Assembly (NCBI GenBank): GCA_963701905.1
Contig: CAVPBP010000002.1
Location: 1,516,128 to 1,580,127 of the forward strand
Source: an uncultured Pseudomonadota bacterium
GTDB taxonomy: Bacteria > Pseudomonadota > Alphaproteobacteria > Caulobacterales > Caulobacteraceae
Direction of reading: 5' to 3'
DNA: 64,000 bases
This document shows positions 35,070 to 44,816 of the stretch, one piece after another. The notes beneath the pieces are model-generated. The model worked only from the letters and a program-made list of their open reading frames with translations. It was not told the DNA's origin and searched no databases. The stretch's first letter is position 1. Each line of letters opens with the position of its first letter. Position numbers and translations under genes: made by a program.

Positions 35070-36946
35070 TCAATTCGACCCATCCTCACCCCAAATGGTT
35101 CCAGACTTCAGCGCCCGTCGCAGTGAATCGCGCTCCGTCTTCAGGGCGATGACCTGGGCAGCGCCAGCGCCGGCGGCCAGCGCCTGTTTGGCGTGGTCCA
35201 TGGCGTCCTCCAGCGCCGCCAATCGGTTCATTGCCGAAAAGGCGTGCGACCACTGGGACCTGGCGACCGCGAGGGTGACATCCGATTGAATGAAGGGCGC
35301 GCCCGATTTCGAAGCGGCCCGGTCGATGTCATTCAGCAGCGCGCTAAATCCTCGGACGCGCAGATGGCGTTCGAGGGCGCCCGGTGTCAAGACGGTCAGC
35401 CTTCGAGCCGCAGGCGGATGATTTCGCTGACCAAATCGGACGAGCGCCGGATCGCCGAAGCCCACAGCGCCCAGTTCGTCCAGGTGCGCCTCCAGCACCG
35501 CGGGGTCGGCGAGCGCATAGTTGGCGAGCGCCGCCGCCAGCGGCTCGATGTCGCGGGCGAGGCGCTGGGCGCCGGCCCGGCCGGCGTCGGTGAGGCGCGG
35601 ATCGGGGCCTTTGAAGCCGCGTTGCTTCGCCGCCGCGCCGCCAGTCGCCCCGCTCCGGCGCCGGCGCGGCCGGAAAGAGCGCGTCGAATCGTCGCTGCAG
35701 CTCCTCGCGGTAGGCGTCCTGTCAGGTCCGGGTCGGCGATGGCGGCTGCCGCCTTGCGCAGCCGCTGCCTGAGGCCGGCGCGCCGTTCGGGCGTATCCAG
35801 CGGCTCGGCGTCGCGCTCGCGGACGAACAGCAACTCGGCGAAGGCGACGGTGTCGGCGAGGCGGGCTTTCAGCGCCGGCGCGCCGGCCTCGCGCAGCACC
35901 TCGTCCGGGTCCTTGCCGCCGAGCGCCAGCGCGAACTTGAAGCTGCGCGTCGCCGTCAGCAGCGGCAGCGCGCGGTCGATGGCGCGGAAGGCCGCCGCGC
36001 GGCCGGCGAGGTCGCCGTCGAAGCACAGCGTCGGCTCGGCGTGCAGGCGCCAGAGCGCGTCCATCTGATCCTCGGTCAGCGCCGTGCCCATCGTCGCCAC
36101 CGCCGCGACGCCGGCGCGCTGGCAGGCGATCACGTCCATGTAGCCTTCGACCACGACAAGCGGGGCCTCGTCCGAGGGCCCCGCATGCAGCAGCCTGCGC
36201 GCTTCGGGCAAGCCATAGAGCAGCCGGCCCTTGTGGAAGAGCGGCGTCTCGGGTCCGTTCAGGTACTTGGCCTTGGCCTGCGGATCGAGCGCGCGGCCGC
36301 CGAACGAGACGATCCGGCCGCGGGCGCTCTCGATCGGGAAGATGATGCGGTCGCGGAAGCGGTCGTAGGGCGCGCCGCCGTCCTCCGGCGCGATCAGCAT
36401 GCCCGCCTCGACGAGCGCGGCCGGCTGCGCGCCCTTGGCGACCAGATAGTCCTTCAGCGCGGTGCGGCCAGCGGGCGCGTAGCCGAGCCGGAAGCGCTTC
36501 CAGTCGCTCTCCGGCAGGCCGCGGCGGGCCAGATAGTCGCGCGCCTCGCGGCCGGCCGGGCGGCGCAGCTCCGCCTCGAACCAGGCGGCGGCCATCTCCA
36601 GCCAGTCGGCGAGGCCGGTGAGCTTCTTCTCGGTCTCGGCCGCTCTGGGATCGGGCGCCGGCAGCGCCATGCCGGCCTCCGCCGCCAGCCGCTCCACCGC
36701 CTCGACGAAGGAGAGCCGCTCGGTCTCCTGCAGGAAGCTGATCAGGTCGCCGTTCTTGCCGGACGAGAAGTCGAAGAAGCGCCCCTTGTCGTCGTTGACG
36801 AAGAACGAGGGCGTGCGCTCCTTGGAGAACGGGGAAAGGCCGACGAACTCGCGGCCCTGCCGCCTCAGCTTCACCGTCCGGCCGATCACGTCGGAAGGCC
36901 TTAAGCGAGATTTCAGCTCGTCGAGGAAGGCGTCGTCGAAGCGCAC
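35070..36946 (-). CDS. dnaG: DNA primase; apparent frameshifts in the 3' third
   Basis: GLSPFSKERTPSF (Cys-less variant of the zinc-finger region), DRFRDRIIFPI, FGGR, KYLN.PET, VEGYMD, DGD.AG, KDPD. Confidence 0.96.
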
Positions 36947-37071
36947 GGCGCGGATGATAGCGCGCCTTGGGCCAGAGTCTGCATCGGCGATGGCGGGGCG
37001 CGCGATTTAGCCTTCGTTGACTACGCCGGTTATCGGAATCTTGTCGCACTTGCCGCCACAAGCTCGCCGCA

Positions 37072-38937
37072 ATGGCTCACCGGTTCGCCGAATCCCTGCC
37101 GCTCGCCGGCCCGGCCAGTCCGGTGAGCGAGCCCACGTCCGGCCCGCGGCCGGCGAACGGCGCGCCGCGGCCGATCAGCCTCCTGATCGGCAAGTCGAAC
37201 CAACTCATCAAGATGACCGCCGCGCTGCACGAGGCGCTGCCCGGCGTCGACCACGTGGTGTGCGCCGACGCCGCCAAGGCGCTGGAGAAGGCCGAGACCG
37301 TGCGCCACTTCGGCTGGGCGCCGGCGATCTTCGTCTTCGACTTCCGCCGCGGCTACGCCGGCGATCTGGCCGACTCGCTGCGCAAGGTGCGCGAGGGCGA
37401 GCCCAACTCCGAGTTGGTGGTGTTGATCGAAGATCGCGATCTCGAGCTGTCGCGCACGGCGCTGCAGGTGGTGCAGGCGCCGGACAAGCTGACCTTCCTG
37501 ATGACGCCGTTCTGGCGCCCGGACGCCGTCGCCACGATCCGCGCGCTCGCCGAGCGCTACCAGGTGGCCTGCGAGCGCGGCGCCGCCGCCGAGAGCGGCA
37601 GCCGCACCATCCTGGGCCTGGAATCCGAGCTCACCACGATGAAGGCGAAGCTGCAGATCGCCTTGCACGCGGCCCAGCACGACCCGCTGACCGGCATCCT
37701 CAACCGCACCGGCTTCGTCAACGAGGTGACCGCGCGGCTGGCCCGCGGCAACCTCTCGCAGACCGTGCTGCTGGTCGACCTCGACCGTTTCAAGACGGTC
37801 AACGACACGCTGGGCCACCACGCCGGCGACGACCTGGTGCGCAAGATCTGCTCGGCGATGGCTGCGGTGATGCCGGCGTCCGGCGTGCTGGCGAGGCTGG
37901 GCGGCGACGAGTTCGGCATCGTGCTCGAGGCCACCAGCGAGCAGGGCGTCAACGAGTTCTGCAACAAGATCCTGCGGGTGTGCAGCCAGACCAGGCGCGT
38001 GGCGGGCCACGAGGTGCAGATCAGCGCCTCGATCGGAGTCGCCAGCCAGGACGCCAGCCGCAGCGAGGTCTCGCTGATGCGTCGGGCCGACCTGGCGCTC
38101 TATGCCGCCAAGCGCGAGGGCCGCAACCGCTACCGGCGCTACGATGCGGCGCTGGAGAAGGTGACCAAGCGCCGGCTCTCGATCGAGAACGGCCTGGAGG
38201 CGGCGCTGAGGACCGGCCAGTTCCACATGGCCTACCAGCCGATCGTCACCGCCCGCAGCGGCAAGGTGCTGGGCTTCGAGGCGCTGGTGCGCTGGGACAG
38301 CCCCGAGCACGGCGCGGTCTCGCCCGCCGAGTTCGTGCCGGTCGCCGAGGAGACCGGCTTGATCCTCGACCTCGGCGACTGGATCACCCGCCAGTCGTTC
38401 AAGGACGCCCGTCGCTGGGGCGGGCCTTACGTCTCGGTGAACCTCTCGGCGCGGCAGTTCCTGCGCCAGAACGTCGCCGAACGCATCCTGCGCTACGCCG
38501 AGGAAGCCGACCTCTCGCCGAGCCGCATTCAGATCGAGCTGACCGAGACGGCGATCATCGACGACGTCGACCGCGCCGCCCACAATCTCGAGGTGCTGCG
38601 CGGGGCCGGCATGCGGGTGGCGCTGGACGACTTCGGCACCGGCTACTCGTCGCTGACCTATCTCAACCAGTTCGCCATCGACTGCATCAAGATCGACAAG
38701 TCGTTCGTCGACAACGTCGCGCGCGACAAGCAGTCGGCAATCATCGTGGCCTCGGTGACCAAGCTGGCCTCCTCGCTGGGCATGGGGGTGGTGGCCGAAG
38801 GCGTCGAGACCGACCAGCAGCATCACGTGCTGACCGCCGCCGGCTGCGGCGCGCTGCAGGGCTATCGCTTCGGCCGGCCGATGTCGCCGGGCGAAGCCAA
38901 GACGATGATCGCAAGCGCCGGCGACCAGGACGAGTAG
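37072..38937 (+). CDS. GGDEF-EAL c-di-GMP signalling protein with a receiver-like N-terminus
   Basis: HDPLTG, RLGGDEF, FEALVRW, ELTE, LDDFGTGYSSL, KIDKSF, AEGVE. Confidence 0.93.
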   Translation: MAHRFAESLPLAGPASPVSEPTSGPRPANGAPRPISLLIGKSNQLIKMTAALHEALPGVDHVVCADAAKALEKAETVRHFGWAPAIFVFDFRRGYAGDLADSLRKVREGEPNSELVVLIEDRDLELSRTALQVVQAPDKLTFLMTPFWRPDAVATIRALAERYQVACERGAAAESGSRTILGLESELTTMKAKLQIALHAAQHDPLTGILNRTGFVNEVTARLARGNLSQTVLLVDLDRFKTVNDTLGHHAGDDLVRKICSAMAAVMPASGVLARLGGDEFGIVLEATSEQGVNEFCNKILRVCSQTRRVAGHEVQISASIGVASQDASRSEVSLMRRADLALYAAKREGRNRYRRYDAALEKVTKRRLSIENGLEAALRTGQFHMAYQPIVTARSGKVLGFEALVRWDSPEHGAVSPAEFVPVAEETGLILDLGDWITRQSFKDARRWGGPYVSVNLSARQFLRQNVAERILRYAEEADLSPSRIQIELTETAIIDDVDRAAHNLEVLRGAGMRVALDDFGTGYSSLTYLNQFAIDCIKIDKSFVDNVARDKQSAIIVASVTKLASSLGMGVVAEGVETDQQHHVLTAAGCGALQGYRFGRPMSPGEAKTMIASAGDQDE

Positions 38938-39144
38938 GCGTCCGCGGCGCTCGGCGCCCGGACCCTTCGCCCGCTCAGCGGCGTTTCACGCCCGAACTCC
39001 CTGACTTCCACGGGCGACGAGGCGAGGGCGGGAACGGCGCAGGCCGGCACGGAGCGTGAACGCACCCTGCCCCTGATGCTGACAGGCGGTTGAACCGCGA
39101 GGCGCCAGCCTTACGTTCCTCAGCGTAAGCGCGAGGAGGCGCCG

Positions 39145-39534
39145 ATGAGCGCTCAGCTCAACCACACCATCGTCTGGTGCCGCGACCGGCAGGCGTCGTC
39201 GAAGTTTCTCGCCGACATGCTGGGCCGGCCCGAGCCGACCCGCTTCGGTCCGTTCTACGTCGTCGACATGGACAACGGCGTCTCGCTCGACTTCCACGAC
39301 GTCGAGGGCGAGCGCGAGATCGTCCCGCAGCACTACGCCTTCCTGATCGGCGAGGCCGACTTCGACGCGGTGCTCGGGCGGATCGAGGCGGCCGGGCTGC
39401 CGCACTGGGCCGACCCGGCCCGCCGCCGGCCGGGCGAGATCAACCACAACGACGGCGGCCGTGGGGTCTATTTCCCGGACCCCGACGGCCACTTCCTGGA
39501 AGTGATCACCCGGCCCTACGGCAGCGGCGGTTAA
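39145..39534 (+). CDS. VOC/glyoxalase family protein
   Basis: LNHTIV, QHYAF, GRGVYFPDPDGHFLE. Confidence 0.9.
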   Translation: MSAQLNHTIVWCRDRQASSKFLADMLGRPEPTRFGPFYVVDMDNGVSLDFHDVEGEREIVPQHYAFLIGEADFDAVLGRIEAAGLPHWADPARRRPGEINHNDGGRGVYFPDPDGHFLEVITRPYGSGG

Positions 39535-39595
39535 CGCCGCCAGTCGCCTGCGGGCCCTTCCCTTCCATGCGAAGGGAAGATCGCGTCGCCCAGTG

Positions 39596-40480
39596 TCAGT
39601 AGTGGTGATAGCCGTAGTGGCCGCGGTAGCCGTAATGGCGGTAGTACCAGGCGTGGTACGGATAGGGCCGATAGAGCCAGGCCCCGTCGTACCAGATCCA
39701 CGGCTGGTACCACCCCGGCGCCGCGTAAGCGTACGGCCCGCTAGAGTAGTAGAAGCCGCCCGCGCCGCCGCGCAGCACGTAGCCGGGCGGGCAGCCAGGG
39801 CTGGTCGCCCCGCCCTGCCCGGCGGCGATCGCCGCGCCGGTGGTGCCGCCGATCGCCGCCCCTACCGCCGTGCCGGCGCCGGTGTGGCCATAGCCCGAGA
39901 CGCCGGCGCCGATCAGCGCGCCGAAGATGCCGCCGATCACCGCGCCGGCGGCGACGTTGCCGCCTGACTTCACGCAATTCTGCTGCGCCCATTGTTGCGC
40001 CGCATAGGCGTACTGCGCGTCCTGCTGCTGCTGCTGGTCCGTCGGCCCGCCCTGGTAGCCGGGCGGCGGCGGCGGCGGCTGCGAGGCGTCGTAGCCCGCC
40101 GGCGCCTGGTCAGCGTATTCATCCGAACCGGGCGGCGGACCCTGATTGTAGCCGTAGCCGGGCGGCGGCGGGGGCTGCTGGGCGCCGTAGCCGTTGTAGC
40201 CCGGCGGGGGTTGGTTCTGGTCGTCCGGCGGCGGCTGCTGGGAGTTGTCGTAGCCCCCGTAGCCCTGGTTGCCGTAGCCTGGCGGCGGTTGCTGCGGCGG
40301 CGGCGGCGGCTGGTCGCGATAGTCCGGCGGCGGCTGGTTGTAGCCCTGGTAGCCGTCGCCCTGGTCCTGGGCGAAGGCGGCGGGAACCGGCAGCGAGGTG
40401 GCGGCCACCGACACGGAGGTCGCCAGGATCATCGCCCGGCTGAGAAGCTTCGAGGTCATACGAAGTGAAATCCTGCTCAT
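39596..40480 (-). CDS. Secreted Pro/Gln/Gly/Tyr-rich protein with a glycine zipper
   Basis: Signal ending AFA; QPPPGY repeats; AGAVIGGIFGALIGAG...GAAIGG; Cys pair; Tyr/His-rich tail. Confidence 0.8.
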   Translation of the reverse strand: MSRISLRMTSKLLSRAMILATSVSVAATSLPVPAAFAQDQGDGYQGYNQPPPDYRDQPPPPPQQPPPGYGNQGYGGYDNSQQPPPDDQNQPPPGYNGYGAQQPPPPPGYGYNQGPPPGSDEYADQAPAGYDASQPPPPPPGYQGGPTDQQQQQDAQYAYAAQQWAQQNCVKSGGNVAAGAVIGGIFGALIGAGVSGYGHTGAGTAVGAAIGGTTGAAIAAGQGGATSPGCPPGYVLRGGAGGFYYSSGPYAYAAPGWYQPWIWYDGAWLYRPYPYHAWYYRHYGYRGHYGYHHY

Positions 40481-40509
40481 GGAATGGCGTCGCTCCCTTT
40501 GAGCGTACC

Positions 40510-40545
40510 GAAGCTGAACGGCGGCTGACCGGCGTATTCAGCTTC
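40510..40545. promoter_or_regulatory. Candidate regulator binding site (direct plus inverted repeat)
   Basis: GCTGAACGGCG/GCTGACCGGCG 11-bp tandem (40513-40534) and GAAGCTGAA-N18-TTCAGCTTC. Confidence 0.5.
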
Positions 40546-40630
40546 AGGCCCCCGTAAGGCACCCTATTGCAAACGCAGGGATCGCAACATGGCTGCCAGT
40601 CCTGGGCGGAATGACGGCGAAGCCGCCCGC

Positions 40631-41518
40631 CTATGGCGGCGCCACGCCCGGCGCGTCGGCCTCCAGCGCGCGCAGCTTGTCGGGGTTGCGCACCACGTAG
40701 ATCGCGCCGATCCGCCCCTGTCCGTCCGGCTCGAAGGCGATCGTGGAGAGCCCGTCGGCGGTCTTCAGGATCGCGCCAGGCGCGCCGTTGATGTGCGCCA
40801 GCCGCAGCAGCTGCGCGCCCGCCGGCCAGCCCTGGCGCCAGAAGAGACCGCGGATGAACCCCAGCACGTCCTCGCGCCCAACCAGCGGGCGCAGCGCCGC
40901 GCCGCGCTTGCCGCCGCCGTCGGTGATCATCACCGCGTCCTCGGCGAGCAGCGACCTCAGGCTGGCGAGGTCGTTGCGGCGCGCGGCCTCCATGAAGGCG
41001 GTCGCCAGTCGCGCGGCGTCATCCCTGGCGACCTGAAACCGCGGCTGCGCCTGGCGGACGTGTTCCCTGGCCCGGGCGGCGAGCTGGCGGCACGCCGCTT
41101 CGCTGCGGTGCAGCGTCTCGGCGACGTCCGGATAGTCGGTCTCGAAGACGTCGTGCAGCAGGAAGACCGCCCGCTCCAGCGGCGACAGCCGCTCCAGAGC
41201 CAACAGGAAGGCCACCGACACCTCCTCGGCGCGTTCCAACGGATCCTCGGCGATGTCCTCGATCAGCGGCTCGGGCAACCAGGGGCCGCGGTAGGCGGCG
41301 CGCCGCGCCTTGTCGGCGCGGAGCCGATCGATCGAGAGGCGGGTGGCGACGCGCACCAGCCAGGCGGCCGGGTCGGCGATCGCCGGCCGGTCGGCGCCCT
41401 GCCAGCGCAGCCAGGCGTCCTGTGCGACGTCCTCCGCCTCGGCCATCGAGCCCAGCATCCGGTAGGCAAGCCGGATCAGCCGCGGCCGCTGCGCCTCGAA
41501 TGCGTCGACGCCGGTCAC
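40631..41518 (-). CDS. ECF41-type (SigJ-like) sigma factor with a C-terminal SnoaL-like domain
   Basis: AYRMLGS..EAEDV, WLPEP, DGGGK and NPDKL motifs characteristic of ECF41. Confidence 0.93.
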   Translation of the reverse strand: MTGVDAFEAQRPRLIRLAYRMLGSMAEAEDVAQDAWLRWQGADRPAIADPAAWLVRVATRLSIDRLRADKARRAAYRGPWLPEPLIEDIAEDPLERAEEVSVAFLLALERLSPLERAVFLLHDVFETDYPDVAETLHRSEAACRQLAARAREHVRQAQPRFQVARDDAARLATAFMEAARRNDLASLRSLLAEDAVMITDGGGKRGAALRPLVGREDVLGFIRGLFWRQGWPAGAQLLRLAHINGAPGAILKTADGLSTIAFEPDGQGRIGAIYVVRNPDKLRALEADAPGVAPP

Positions 41519-42072
41519 GCCGCCAACTCCAGCGGCCGCTCGAACGGCGCGGGCTCGCCGCCGACGACGATCCGCGAGCAGGCCTTGCCGTGGCCAAGCG
41601 CGTACTTGAGCGTCGGGTACATGCGGCCGGTGAGGATCGAGAGCGAGATGGCGACCAACGCCTTCTGACCCCAGCGCCGGACGATCTCGTCGCGCAAGGG
41701 ATCGGCGAGGTCCATGTCGCGGTCGAGGCAAGCCTGGGCGAAGCGCCAGGCGAGCGCCGCGGTCTCGCCCATCGCCGCCGTATCGCCGGCGAGGATGGCC
41801 TTGAGGGTCGCCGCGGGCACCTTCGAGCGCTCGGCGATGTCGACGCCGATCTGGGTGCAGGGGCCGCAGTCCTCGCGCAGCGTGGTCGCGATACCGGCGG
41901 CGGCCAGCGCTGCGGCCGGCGCAGCGCGGCGCGGAACGAGGCCCGAGAGCATCCCGAACTTCAGGAAGCTCGCCGGGCTCGCGGCCAGTACGTCGCGCAT
42001 ATAGTCGGCGTCGTAGTTGAACGAGCGCTCGAACGGGCGGATCGCGAAACGGTCAAGCAGGGCTTTGAGCAT
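41515..42072 (-). CDS. AhpD/carboxymuconolactone decarboxylase-like protein
   Basis: EDCGPC CxxC in a helical context; RMYPTLKYALGHG.AC; usual partner class of ECF41. Confidence 0.7.
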   Translation of the reverse strand: MLKALLDRFAIRPFERSFNYDADYMRDVLAASPASFLKFGMLSGLVPRRAAPAAALAAAGIATTLREDCGPCTQIGVDIAERSKVPAATLKAILAGDTAAMGETAALAWRFAQACLDRDMDLADPLRDEIVRRWGQKALVAISLSILTGRMYPTLKYALGHGKACSRIVVGGEPAPFERPLELAA

Positions 42073-42463
42073 GGCGTGGCTCCCTTGGTTGATATGGGGT
42101 GGCGACGGTCCAGGCGGCGAGCAGCGCCGGCAGGAGAACGCCCGGGAAGTCGCGGGCGAGGTCGGCCAACCCGGCCGGCGCGCCGGCGGCTTCGACGAGG
42201 TGGATGGCGGCGTGCAGGCCCAGGAACGCAGCGGCGGCAGCCGCAGCGCCGCGCGCCGCCGGCGTGGCGCGCGCCGCGAGCCAGGCGAAGGCCGCGCCGA
42301 CCACAAGATAGGCCGCGCCGATGTCCTTCACGAAGTGCGGGTTGAACGGCCCGGTCTCGGGCACGCCTGCAACGACGCCGTACCACCAGTGGCCGGCGCC
42401 CAGCATCACCGCGCCGTTGGCGCCCATCGTCAGGGCCAGCAGGATCGAGATTGCGCGTCTCAT
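42053..42463 (-). CDS. Small membrane protein (about four TM)
   Basis: Hydrophobic helices; WWY..V.GVPETGPFNPHFVKDIG; H..IH. Confidence 0.75.
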   Translation of the reverse strand: MRRAISILLALTMGANGAVMLGAGHWWYGVVAGVPETGPFNPHFVKDIGAAYLVVGAAFAWLAARATPAARGAAAAAAAFLGLHAAIHLVEAAGAPAGLADLARDFPGVLLPALLAAWTVATPYQPREPRHAQSPA

Positions 42464-42472
42464 GCCAGCAAG

Positions 42473-42499
42473 GACGCGCCAGCCGCGCCGCCTGTGACA
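42473..42499 (-). promoter_or_regulatory. ECF41 promoter
   Basis: Exact TGTCACA-N16-CGTC on the minus strand, 9 nt before the first ATG of the ECF41 operon. Confidence 0.85.
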
Positions 42500-42617
42500 C
42501 GGGGCCCGCGCCCACCGCAAAAGTGACCGGGCTAACGCAATCTTGTCATGCTCGGGTCACGCCGTTCGGTCTAACTTCGGGGTGTGGGTGGGCGGCCGAA
42601 TGTGGAGGAGGCCGCTG

Positions 42618-43094
42618 ATGAACGAAGCAATCTGCCGGGAGGAAACGTGGCGCGGCGCGTCCGAGGCGACGACGACCGCCCGGCCTCGCAGTCATGTGCT
42701 GATCCTCGACGACCACGCGCCGAGCCGCGACCTCTGCGCGGGCTACTGCGACCTCTTCGACCACACCAGCGAGAGCGTGGCGGCGGCCCACGAGGCGGTG
42801 TCCGCGTTGCGGCGCGGCGCGTTCGGCGTGGCGGTGATCAACGTGCATTCCGCGCGGTGGGACGCGCTGGAGGTGATCCCGGCCATCCGCGCCCTGCCCG
42901 GCGCTGCCGGCCGCACCCCGATCATCGGACTGACTGCGATCGGCCGCGGCCACGAGGCCCAGCGCTGGCTGGGCGCGGGCCTGGCCGCCGTGCTGCCCAA
43001 GCCGATCACCGCCGCCCGGCTCTTCGCGGCGCTCGGCGCGGCGCTGGGTGACGGTCCGCGCGAGCCCCGCAGCTGGGCGCCGGCGCGGTCCTAG
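42618..43094 (+). CDS. Single-domain receiver-like protein (phospho-acceptor Asp appears to be Asn)
   Basis: GGAGGAGG RBS; LILDD, VAVINVH, PIIGLTA, PKPI. Confidence 0.8.
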   Translation: MNEAICREETWRGASEATTTARPRSHVLILDDHAPSRDLCAGYCDLFDHTSESVAAAHEAVSALRRGAFGVAVINVHSARWDALEVIPAIRALPGAAGRTPIIGLTAIGRGHEAQRWLGAGLAAVLPKPITAARLFAALGAALGDGPREPRSWAPARS

Positions 43095-43333
43095 GCCTCG
43101 GCGCAGGCCGCGTGCGGCTTCAGCACCCGTTCGGTCGACGCCGGATACCGCGCCAGCAGCGCGGCGGCGCGCATCGGGCGGGCGACCAGCGCACCGCCGC
43201 AGTTGGGACAGCGCCCGAGTTTGCCGGCGCAGCGCTCGCAGAACGTGCACTCGAAGCTGCAGATCATCGCGCCCCCCGCGTCCGGCGGCAGGTCTGTGTC
43301 GCAGCACTCGCAATTGGGGCGCATCTGAAGCAT
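43091..43333 (-). CDS. DUF1272 Cys-rich protein
   Basis: LQMRPNCECCD, ICSFECTFC..C, CPNCGG. Confidence 0.9.
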   Translation of the reverse strand: MLQMRPNCECCDTDLPPDAGGAMICSFECTFCERCAGKLGRCPNCGGALVARPMRAAALLARYPASTERVLKPHAACAEA

Positions 43334-43490
43334 GGGCGGGTTCTCCCTCGGCGCGAGGTGAGCGGCGGCCCGCCCGCCCGTCAAGGCCACTTCGCCCACA
43401 TTTGCGGCGTTCCGTCCCCGCATTGACCCCGCGTCTGCAACTGCCTACCTAGCCCGCCGTTTGCCCCCCGCCCGGAGGAGTCGCCCCGCC

Positions 43491-44668
43491 ATGACCGACC
43501 TGCTGCCTGGCGTAACCGGCGTGCTGGCGCTCGCCAATGGGCGGGTGCTGCAGGGCGTCGGCTGCGGCGCGGCGGGCAAGGCGGTGGGCGAGGTCTGCTT
43601 CAACACCGCCATGTCGGGCTACCAGGAGATCCTCACCGACCCCTCCTACATGGCCCAGATCGTCGCCTTCACCTTCCCGCACATCGGCAACGTCGGGACC
43701 AACTCGGAAGACCTCGAGCAGATCTCCGGCGCCGCGACGACGGCGGCGCGCGGCGCGATCTTCCGCGACACCCCGACCGACCCGGCCAACTGGCGCGCCG
43801 ACAGCGACCTTTCCGGCTGGCTGCAGCGGCGCGGCGTGGTCGGCCTCTGCCGGCGTCGACACCCGCGCGCTCACCAAGTCGATCCGCGAGAGCGGCATGC
43901 CGCACGGGGTGATCGCCCACAGCCCGGACGGCCGGTTCGACCTTCGCGGCGCTGGTCGCGCGAGGCGCGCGCCTGGGCGGGCCTCGTCGGCGCTCGACCT
44001 CGCCAAGGACGCCTCCTGCCTGCAGCCGTTCGTCTGGCGCGAGGGCCTCTGGAGCTGGCCGGAGGGCTACGCGCCGAAGACCCGCAGCCGTCCTACGAGG
44101 TGGTCGTGGTCGACTACGGCGTGAAGCGCAACATCCTGCGGGCGCTCACCTCGATCGGCGCGCGGGCGACCGTGGTGCCGGCCTCGACCACCGCCGAGGC
44201 GATCCTGGCCCGCAAGCCGGACGGCGTGCTGCTGTCCAACGGCCCCGGCGACCCGGCCGCCACCGGCGAATACGCGGTGCCGCAGATCAGGAAGCTGGCC
44301 GAGAGCGGCATGCCGGTGTTCGGCATCTGCCTCGGCCACCAGATGCTGGCGCTGGCGCTGGGCGCCACGACCCGGCAAGATGGAGCAGGGCCACCACGGC
44401 GCGAACCACCCGGTGAAGGACCTCACCACCGGCAAGGTGGAGATCGTCTCGATGAACCACGGCTTCACGGTCGACCGCGACAGCCTGCCGGCGGCGGTGA
44501 AGGAGACCCACGTCTCGCTGTTCGACGGCACCAACGCCGGCCTCGCGCGTCGAGGGCCGCCCGATCTTCTCGGTGCAGCACCACCCGGAGGCCTCGCCCG
44601 GCCCGAAGGACAGCCTCTACCTGTTCGAGCGCTTCGCCGAGATGATGGACAAGGCGAAGGCGGCCTGA
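43491..44668 (+). CDS. carA: Carbamoyl-phosphate synthase small subunit; several apparent frameshifts
   Basis: [50 protein letters not shown]. Confidence 0.96.
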
Positions 44669-44816
44669 GCACGGCCTCGCCGCCGCCCTGTAAGAAAAAG
44701 GCTGGCGAAATCACAACCCCCAGTAGTCAGCGCGACGAAATTCGTCCAGCGATGCGCGAACCGTAAGCGGCCTCTTAACTGCCCTGGGGGCAGGATGGCG
44801 GCGGGGAGCTGATACC

